Assembly: GCA_022736715.1 (NCBI GenBank) | Contig: DZDJ01000002.1 | Location: forward strand, 26,149 to 90,148 | Source: Edaphobacter aggregans | GTDB lineage: Bacteria; Acidobacteriota; Terriglobia; Terriglobales; Acidobacteriaceae | Length of the DNA stretch: 64,000 nucleotides | Direction of reading: 5' to 3' | Part shown: piece after piece, positions 57,324 through 64,000 of the stretch | Position numbering within the stretch: the stretch's first letter is position 1 | How the letters are laid out: each line of letters begins with the position of its first letter | Position numbers and translations under genes: made by a program | Notes under the pieces: generated by a model | What the model saw: only the letters and a program-made list of their open reading frames with translations | What the model was told of the DNA's origin: nothing | Database searches by the model: none

Positions 57324-58175
57324 CTATAGGCCTGCGCTCAAGCGCGTGCGCGGATCCATCAGGTCGCGCAGGGCATCGCCCAGAAAGTTGAAGGAAAGCA
57401 CGCACAACATCACCGCAATTGCAGGAAATACAACCATGTGCGGCGAGTCGAACAGATGAGAACGGGCATCATTCAACATGGTGCCCCAGCTCGCTGCCGG
57501 AGGCGGAACACCTAAGCCAAGAAAGCTCATGGTTGCTTCCGCCAGCACGGCGCTGGCCATGCCAATGGTGGCCTGCACAATTACGGGCTGCAGAATGTTC
57601 GGCAGAATATGACGCGACAGAATGCGCAGGTCGCTGGCGCCCAGCGCTCGCGCGGCTTCCACAAACTCACGCTCTTTGACGGTCAGGACCTGCGCGCGTA
57701 CCAGCCGGGCAAAGCCGACCCATCCGCCGATGGCAAGCGCAAGAATCAGATTGAAGATGCCCGGGCCCAGAAAGGCGACGAACGCAATTGCCAGCAGAAT
57801 GCCGGGAAGCGCCAGAAAGGCATTCATCACCAGAATATTGAGGAAAGTGTCCAGCCATCCGCCATAATAGCCAGCCAGAGCGCCTACTACCAGGCCCACC
57901 AGCAGCGAAATACCCACAACGCTGACGGCCACCAGCAGAGAAAGGCGCGCACCGTAGATGGTACGCGAAAATATGTCCCTGCCCAGCTCATCCGTTCCGA
58001 ACCAGTGCGCATGCGAAGGCGGCAACAGCCGGCCATCCAGATGGATGGCCGCCGGACTGTAAGGGGCCAGCTCCGGTGCAAAGATGGCGCAGAGGACGAA
58101 GAGGAGCAGCAGTACCATCCCCGCAAGGGCCAGTGGCTGGTGCTGCAAAGCGCGCTGCAATGATTTCGCTGACAT
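57324..58175 (-). CDS. ABC transporter permease, DppC/OppC-like (peptide/nickel family)
   Basis: N-terminal APYSP...HWFGTDELGRDIFSRTIYGAR, the EAA loop FVEAARALGASDLRIL and the C-terminus FLGDALRDLMDPR. Confidence 0.88.
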   Translation of the reverse strand: MSAKSLQRALQHQPLALAGMVLLLLFVLCAIFAPELAPYSPAAIHLDGRLLPPSHAHWFGTDELGRDIFSRTIYGARLSLLVAVSVVGISLLVGLVVGALAGYYGGWLDTFLNILVMNAFLALPGILLAIAFVAFLGPGIFNLILALAIGGWVGFARLVRAQVLTVKEREFVEAARALGASDLRILSRHILPNILQPVIVQATIGMASAVLAEATMSFLGLGVPPPAASWGTMLNDARSHLFDSPHMVVFPAIAVMLCVLSFNFLGDALRDLMDPRTRLSAGL

Positions 58176-58310
58176 GTATCCGGCAAAGAAGATCCTGCGA
58201 CGATCAAAAAAATGACCGCAGGAGGACCAAAATTGAATTCGTGCTACTCCTTCAGACTACAGCAGAGGTTAAAATGAAGCATCACTCCTGATCAATCGGA
58301 AAGGTTCTCT

Positions 58311-59546
58311 TTGCGGATACTTGTATACGGCATTAATCACGCGCCTGAGCTGACAGGCATCGGCAAGTACACAGGAGAAATGGCGGAATGGCTGGCGGGG
58401 CAGGGCCATGAGGTCCGCGTCGTGACCGCGCCACCCTATTACCCGGCATGGCAGGTGTGCGACGGCTACCAGGCCGGACGGTATAAGACAGAGCAGTTTC
58501 AGGGGGCAACCGTCTATCGTTGCCCGCTCTGGGTACCGTCGCAGCCCAGCGGACTCAAACGGCTGCTGCATCTGTTTTCCTTTGCGCTGACCAGTTTGCC
58601 AGTGATGCTGGCGCAAACGGCCTGGCGTCCCGAAGTGGTCTTTACCGTGGAGCCAGCGTTTTTCTGCGCTCCAGTGGCGCTCTTTACTGCTGGTCTTATC
58701 GGCCAGCCAGCCTGGCTGCATGTACAGGATTTTGAAATTGACGCGGCCTTTGATCTTGGACTGCTGCCTGCCAATGGGCGCATCCATCGCTTTGCTCTGG
58801 CTTTTGAGCAGGCGTTTACGCGGCGCTTCCGGCGCGTCTCCAGCATTTCTCCCAACATGGTGCGCCGCTCGCTGACGAAGGGCGTTGCGCCTGCGCGCGC
58901 AGTTCTGTTTCCTAACTGGGTGGATGTCGATGCAGTGCATCCGGTCCGCGGGGAGAACGCATTTCGGAAGCAGTTGGGTCTTTCGCCAGACCAGGTGCTG
59001 CTGTTGTACTCCGGCAATATGGGAGGCAAACAAGGGTTGGAGATTCTTGGCCCTCTGGCGCAACACTTCGCTGCCGATCCGCGCGTGCGCTTCCTCTTTT
59101 GTGGGGATGGCGCATTTCGCCCGCAACTAGAACAGATTGTGCAGGGCATGAAGAATGTTTCGCTGTTGCCACTGCAGCCAGTGGAACGGCTGAATGAATT
59201 GCTGAACGCGGCCGACATTCATCTGCTGCCGCAGAAGGCCGATGCGGCTGATCTGGTAATGCCGTCCAAGCTGACCGGAATGTTGTCCAGCGGCCGTCCA
59301 GTGATTGCCACTGCGGCGGAAGGCACGCAGGTGGCCGAAGTGGTGCGTGGCCGCGGTCTGGCCGTTCCTGCTGGAGACAGGAATGCCTTGTATCAGGCTG
59401 TGACCCTGCTGGTGGAGAACCGCGAACAGCGGTTGCAGATGGGAACAGCAGCGCGTGCCTATGCGGTCGAAAACCTGGGCAAAGAGCAGGTGTTGCGGCG
59501 TTTTGAGGTGGAATTGCAACAGCTCATTGCAGAAACAACCAGTTAA
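58311..59546 (+). CDS. GT4-family glycosyltransferase, WcaI-like
   Basis: MRILVYGINHAPELTGIGKYTGEMAEWLAGQGHEVRVVTAPPYYPAW is the characteristic WcaI-type N-terminus (TTG start). The C-terminal GT-B region contains PSKLTGMLSSGRP. Confidence 0.8.
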   Translation: MRILVYGINHAPELTGIGKYTGEMAEWLAGQGHEVRVVTAPPYYPAWQVCDGYQAGRYKTEQFQGATVYRCPLWVPSQPSGLKRLLHLFSFALTSLPVMLAQTAWRPEVVFTVEPAFFCAPVALFTAGLIGQPAWLHVQDFEIDAAFDLGLLPANGRIHRFALAFEQAFTRRFRRVSSISPNMVRRSLTKGVAPARAVLFPNWVDVDAVHPVRGENAFRKQLGLSPDQVLLLYSGNMGGKQGLEILGPLAQHFAADPRVRFLFCGDGAFRPQLEQIVQGMKNVSLLPLQPVERLNELLNAADIHLLPQKADAADLVMPSKLTGMLSSGRPVIATAAEGTQVAEVVRGRGLAVPAGDRNALYQAVTLLVENREQRLQMGTAARAYAVENLGKEQVLRRFEVELQQLIAETTS

Positions 59547-59647
59547 GCTGGAAGAATCACCTCTGGATTCACAACTGCTTGCCGTAAAATAACTTAAACC
59601 TTAATGATTTTTAGCCCCGCATCAGCCAAGAAAAGGAGCATGGCAGC

Positions 59648-60733
59648 TTGAAAAAAGCGCTTATCACAGGTGTTACCGGACAGGATGGAGCCTATCTCGC
59701 GGAATTTCTACTGGCAAAGGGATACGAAGTTCACGGCATCAAACGGCGGACATCGCTCTTCAATACGGACCGCATCGACCATCTTTACGAGGACCCGCAC
59801 ATTCCCAGCCGTCACTTTATCCTCCACTATGGAGACATGACGGACGCGACCAGTCTGATCCACATCGTGCAGAAGGTGCAGCCGGACGAAATTTATAACC
59901 TGGCCGCGCAGAGCCATGTGAAGGTCTCATTTGAAGAGCCGGAGTACACCGCGAACTCGGATGCTCTGGGGCCGCTGCGTTTGCTGGAAGCGGTCCGTAT
60001 TCTGGGACTGGAAAAGAAGACGCGCTTCTATCAGGCCTCCACATCAGAACTCTATGGTCTGGTGCAGGAGATTCCGCAGAAGGAAACGACACCATTCTAT
60101 CCGCGTTCTCCATATGCAGTGGCCAAGCTGTATGCCTACTGGATTACGGTGAACTATCGTGAGGCTTACGGCATTTATGCCTGCAACGGCATTCTGTTCA
60201 ATCATGAGTCGCCTCTGCGGGGTGAGACGTTTGTCACTCGCAAGATCACCCGTGCTCTGGCTCGCATCAAGGTTGGCCTGCAGAAGGACCTGTACCTTGG
60301 CAACCTGGATGCCAGGCGCGACTGGGGCCATGCCCGCGATTACATTGAGATGCAGTGGCTCATGCTGCAGCAGCAGGAAGCGAAGGACTACGTTATCGCC
60401 ACCGGAGAGCAGCACAGCGTGCGCGAATTTGTCAGCATTGCGGCAGAGATGCTTGGCCTGAAGCTGACGTGGCAGGGAAGTGGTGTAGAGGAGAAGGCTG
60501 TCGATGAAAAAGGGACCGTCATCGTCGCCGTAGATCCTTTGTACTTCCGTCCGACCGAAGTAGAGACGCTGCTGGGCGATGCTACGCGCGCCAAAACAGA
60601 GCTGGGGTGGACTCCGCAGACGAGCTTCCAGGAGCTGGTGAAAGAGATGATCGAAGCAGACCTTGCTTCTGCAGAGCGCGATGCGCTGGTGCGCAAGCAT
60701 GGTTACAACGTTTACAACGTGCGCGAGACATAG
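59648..60733 (+). CDS. gmd: GDP-mannose 4,6-dehydratase
   Basis: [42 protein letters not shown] and [23 protein letters not shown] start with an AAAAGGAG RBS 10 nt upstream. Confidence 0.93.
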   Translation: MKKALITGVTGQDGAYLAEFLLAKGYEVHGIKRRTSLFNTDRIDHLYEDPHIPSRHFILHYGDMTDATSLIHIVQKVQPDEIYNLAAQSHVKVSFEEPEYTANSDALGPLRLLEAVRILGLEKKTRFYQASTSELYGLVQEIPQKETTPFYPRSPYAVAKLYAYWITVNYREAYGIYACNGILFNHESPLRGETFVTRKITRALARIKVGLQKDLYLGNLDARRDWGHARDYIEMQWLMLQQQEAKDYVIATGEQHSVREFVSIAAEMLGLKLTWQGSGVEEKAVDEKGTVIVAVDPLYFRPTEVETLLGDATRAKTELGWTPQTSFQELVKEMIEADLASAERDALVRKHGYNVYNVRET

Positions 60734-60736
60734 GCG

Positions 60737-61726
60737 ATGGAGAAGCAAAGCAAAATTTTTATTGCCGGGCATCGTGGGTTGGTCGGGTCAGCCATTTGCC
60801 GCGAGCTGCCGCAGCAAGGGTTCAATACCCTGCTGCTGCGGACGCGTGCCGAACTGGACCTGACCAATCGCGCTCAGGTGCACGCCTTTTTTGCGCAGGA
60901 GCAGCCAGAGTATGTTTTTCTGGCTGCGGCCAAGGTGGGCGGCATTCTGGCGAACAATACGTACCCGGCCGATTTCATCCGGGAAAACCTGGAGATACAG
61001 ACCAATATCATCGAAGCCAGTCAAGCGGCTGGCGTCAAGCGGTTGTTGTTTCTGGGGTCGAGCTGCATTTATCCCAAGCTATGCCCGCAACCTATCAAGG
61101 AAGAATATCTCCTCACCGGGCCGTTGGAGTCGACCAACCGGCCGTATGCGCTGGCCAAGATTGCGGGAATCGAAATGTGCTGGGCCTACAATCGCCAGTA
61201 CGGCACTAAGTATCTTGCGGCCATGCCGACCAATCTGTACGGCCCGGGCGACAACTACGATCTGAAGAGTTCCCACGTTCTGCCGGCGCTCATCCGCAAA
61301 GTGGTGGAGGCAAAAGCATCTGGAGCGCAGGAGCTTGTTGTGTGGGGTACCGGCACGCCACGCAGAGAGTTGCTGTATAGCGACGATCTGGCAGAGGCCT
61401 GCGTCTTCCTGATGCAATTGCCGGAAGAGAAGTTCAACTCCTTGCTGCGTGAAGACCAGGCCCCGCTCATCAACATCGGTACCGGAGAAGATGTGACCAT
61501 CCGCGAACTGGCGGAGACCGTCTGCCGCGTGCTGGGCTTTGAAGGGAAGCTGGTTTTTGATACCAGCCGTCCTGACGGTACGCCGCGCAAGCTGATGGAC
61601 GTCACCCGCATTCAGTCGTTGGGCTGGAAAGCGCATACCAGCCTGGAAGATGGCATTCGGCGGGCGTATGAGGCGGCGCGAGAGCAACTCGACGCGGCAA
61701 CGGTATGGCCTGCAGGACGCATCTAA
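60737..61726 (+). CDS. fcl: GDP-L-fucose synthase
   Basis: IFIAGHRGLVGSAI, LGSSCIYPK and NRPYALAKIAG. Follows gmd after 3 nt. Confidence 0.92.
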   Translation: MEKQSKIFIAGHRGLVGSAICRELPQQGFNTLLLRTRAELDLTNRAQVHAFFAQEQPEYVFLAAAKVGGILANNTYPADFIRENLEIQTNIIEASQAAGVKRLLFLGSSCIYPKLCPQPIKEEYLLTGPLESTNRPYALAKIAGIEMCWAYNRQYGTKYLAAMPTNLYGPGDNYDLKSSHVLPALIRKVVEAKASGAQELVVWGTGTPRRELLYSDDLAEACVFLMQLPEEKFNSLLREDQAPLINIGTGEDVTIRELAETVCRVLGFEGKLVFDTSRPDGTPRKLMDVTRIQSLGWKAHTSLEDGIRRAYEAAREQLDAATVWPAGRI

Positions 61727-61754
61727 GTTAGTCAGGAGTTTCTTTGACTGCCTT

Positions 61755-62546
61755 ATGATGCGTTCTCGTTTTTTTGCTTGCCTATTGCTCTTGCTCTGCT
61801 CCTTTTATGGAATGCGGCGACAGATCTTCGCCCAGTCACACAGCCATTCTGCTGCGTCAGGCCCGGCAACACCCGCCGAACAATTTCTTTTGCTTGCTGC
61901 CAATCAGGAACGGCAGCAACGCGGCACTGCGCCACTGGCATGGAGTTCGGAGCTTGCTGCGGCAGCATATCAGCATGCCATGCTCATGGCGCAGCAGAAT
62001 GCAATCTCGCACCAGTTTGCGGGAGAACCCGGCCTGACACAGCGCGCCAAAGAGGCACGGGCCCGTTTTAGTCTGATTGAAGAAAACGTGGCGGAAGCTC
62101 CTACCGCATCCATGCTGCATTCGGCCTGGATGCACTCCACCCCGCACCGTACGAATCTATTGAATCCGCAGGTCGATGCAGTTGGCATTGCCGTGGTGGA
62201 GCGTAACGGCGAGTTGTTTGCCGTAGAAGACTTTTCACATCAGATACGCTCAGAAGGATACGCTGCGCAGGAAGAACAAGTAGACGCCATGCTCACGCAG
62301 CAGGGGCTGCAGATTCTGCAGGACTCTGCAAGCGCTCGCCGCACCTGTGCGACAGATTCAGGATATGCAGGTTCACATCGACCACTGTTCATCATGCGCT
62401 ACACTACGACGGACCTGGGCCGCATCCCGGACGTGCTGCTGTCGCGCATCCGTACCGGCCGTTACCACAGCGCAATTGCTGGAGCCTGTTCCGCCGATGA
62501 CGGCAGCGGCTTCACGACCTATCGCCTGGCAATCCTGCTGTACTAA
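61755..62546 (+). CDS. secreted CAP/SCP-domain protein
   Basis: Signal peptide MMRSRFFACLLLLLCSFYG. Core with NQERQQRG..PLAWSSELAAAAYQHA..., WMHSTPHRTNLLNP and VGIAVV resembles bacterial SCP/CAP domains. Confidence 0.6.
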   Translation: MMRSRFFACLLLLLCSFYGMRRQIFAQSHSHSAASGPATPAEQFLLLAANQERQQRGTAPLAWSSELAAAAYQHAMLMAQQNAISHQFAGEPGLTQRAKEARARFSLIEENVAEAPTASMLHSAWMHSTPHRTNLLNPQVDAVGIAVVERNGELFAVEDFSHQIRSEGYAAQEEQVDAMLTQQGLQILQDSASARRTCATDSGYAGSHRPLFIMRYTTTDLGRIPDVLLSRIRTGRYHSAIAGACSADDGSGFTTYRLAILLY

Positions 62547-62775
62547 AACGCCAAATTGCATCCTCGGTCAGGGCTTCCCTGTAACGCCGCTTTTAACACA
62601 CATTGTCAGGATGATTTCGAACTAACGAGCCGCATCCTTGCGTTCTGTTCCGGTTCCGGTCGCGGAGCGTTTGTTCAGTTGCCAGATGGAACAAAAATTT
62701 CATGAGGTGGTCTTTTTGCCGCACTGCTCACGCAGTGCAGCATAAAAGCGAGGGCGCAGAGAATAAATGAACTGT

Positions 62776-63129
62776 ATGGTGGAGGCGGCGGGAGTCGAAC
62801 CCGCGTCCGAAACTGAAGTCAACAGAGAGCTTTCATGCTTTGTCCTGTTCAATTTGTCTCATCATCTACGCTTGGAACGGACAAAGATGCGAAGATGACC
62901 AGCCTGATTGATCTCGTCTGACCCGCTCAGGCGGAGCAGGGAAGACCAGCCTACTGTGCGACGCTCCGTACCAGCCCATAGGCGAAGCCGGAGGGAACGG
63001 CCACTTAATTAATTAAGCAGCGAGTGCGAATTGAGGTTCGGCACTTATAGTTTTGTGAGCGATTACGGGTGTCCACACCCCGACATGCCTCTCTGCCGCA
63101 AGCAATTCCGTCGAAGCCGTGACGCCCCC
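62776..63129 (-). ncRNA. ssrA: tmRNA (transfer-messenger RNA)
   Basis: On the minus strand, 5' GGGGGCGTCACGGCTTCGACGG pairs with 3' ...GCGGGTTCGACTCCCGCCGCCTCCACCA (G3:U70 pair, T-arm, CCA). Internal tag ORF GCC GAA CCT CAA TTC GCA CTC GCT GCT TAA gives AEPQFALAA. 354 nt. Confidence 0.93.
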
Positions 63130-63224
63130 ATCCGGAGCTGGCAACAACCTTGCATTGGGCACTCAAAGAACTGGCTCCATTCTACTCTCTTTTTCGTCTT
63201 TGTTTTCCAGTGGCGGAAGCGCAG

Positions 63225-63662
63225 CTACATTGCCGTCAGGTCAATCTTCTGGAAGTCACCACGTTCCACTCCCTTGCGAATCTCCGCGACGGACTTTCCC
63301 TGCTTCGTCATGCGGTACGCATAGACGCCTTCCTTCATGCAGGTAGAGCACTCAGCAGCATGCAGCCCGGAAAAGCAGCTATGCAGGCTGGTATGCCCCA
63401 GTGCTCTGTCGCAACGGCAGTAGCAGGGCAACTGGTACAACACCTTTGGAATCCTGGCCGCCTCCTGATACGCTTTTACCTGATAGGCATAGGAAAAATA
63501 CGGCCCGGTTAATTGACTACCAGCCAGGATTGGCTTCAGTTGCTCGCCTGCTGCTGGCGGGTGGTCATGGTAAGCCGGAATATCGTCTGCCGGGTTGGAC
63601 CACTGCGCAAAGGCCCCTGCTGTCAACAGTCCTACGGTCAGAATTATCAAAGCGCGCTTCAT
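63225..63662 (-). CDS. secreted CYCxC-motif protein (PCYCGC-like domain)
   Basis: Signal peptide MKRALIILTVGLLTAGAFA and a central LPCYCRCDRALGHTSLHSCF...ECSTC Cys/His cluster. GGAGG RBS upstream. Family assignment is from memory of the CYCXC motif. Confidence 0.6.
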   Translation of the reverse strand: MKRALIILTVGLLTAGAFAQWSNPADDIPAYHDHPPAAGEQLKPILAGSQLTGPYFSYAYQVKAYQEAARIPKVLYQLPCYCRCDRALGHTSLHSCFSGLHAAECSTCMKEGVYAYRMTKQGKSVAEIRKGVERGDFQKIDLTAM

Positions 63663-63686
63663 CCATCTTCCTCCGATTCTCCATAC

Positions 63687-63803
63687 TATAGCGGTTTTCC
63701 AGTTGGTGTAGAGGGAACGTGATGCCCTGAAATGGCTTTTTTCTCAAGAAAAAGCCATCCTGCATATTTCTGGAAACTCCACGAAAACTGGAGAACCGCT
63801 ATA
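63687..63803 (+). repeat. 117-bp hairpin-forming MITE/REP-like element, copy B
   Basis: About 95% identical to 25834-25951 in the same orientation. Terminal inverted repeats TATAGCGGTTTTCCAGTT / AACTGGAGAACCGCTATA. Confidence 0.8.
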
Positions 63804-63883
63804 ACCAGAAAAACGAAACAAGCAAATTACAGAGAAGCTGCGGCAATGATTGGAGAAGAAAAATCCTGGCTGGCAGAAAATTT

Positions 63884-63920
63884 AAAAAAAAGACGGCACG
63901 AATAGTAAACTACTCGTGCC
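63884..63920 (-). terminator. Rho-independent terminator for a minus-strand gene ending at or beyond the right edge
   Basis: On the minus strand, GGCACGA-GTAGTTTACTA-TTCGTGCC stem-loop followed by GTCTTTTTTTT. Confidence 0.65.
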
Positions 63921-64000
63921 GGGAGGCCAGTGACGCAACTTGCCCGAATATCGAAGGAGAATCGCGCTGTAACCGCTGCGGTGCTTCTCTCTGGTTTCAA

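Overview
High-GC bacterial chromosomal segment, mostly housekeeping; the gene content (large PIG-L protein, ECF sigma/anti-sigma/DUF3106 trio, Bacillus-type sdhCAB) suggests Acidobacteriota, but that is inference only. All calls come from reading the sequence and ORF translations by eye, with no alignments or searches. Left to right: folE (partial), truB, a PIG-L deacetylase, an APC permease, the ECF sigma operon, tRNA-Val, a 12-gene complex-I operon lacking nuoEFG and carrying two nuoM copies, a pdaD-aguB-aguA putrescine operon, a GS-like gene, SIMPL and SCO proteins, icd, mdh, two cyclophilins, an M19 dipeptidase, sdhCAB, a TPR protein, a LacI regulator with a GH42 beta-galactosidase, tRNA-Lys, addBA, uvrB, a HAD phosphatase, a decayed defence locus (GmrSD gene plus two gene fragments), a CorC/CNNM transporter, two convergent ABC permease genes, wcaI-like/gmd/fcl, a CAP-domain protein, tmRNA and a CYCxC-motif protein. 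No rRNA, CRISPR array, transposase or integrase was recognised. Points worth a second look: (1) the N-module-less complex I with a fourth antiporter subunit and a long NuoL, in AT-richer DNA beside tRNA-Val; (2) a perfect 103-bp inverted repeat bracketing a 2.3-kb GmrSD cassette and cutting a type III Res-like gene at codon 98; (3) a 266-bp direct repeat that duplicates the sdhC promoter and first 32 codons on both sides of the TPR gene; (4) a 118-bp hairpin-forming MITE/REP-like element in two copies. None of these is a clearly new multi-gene system; the repeat-bounded defence cassette is the best candidate for something undescribed.
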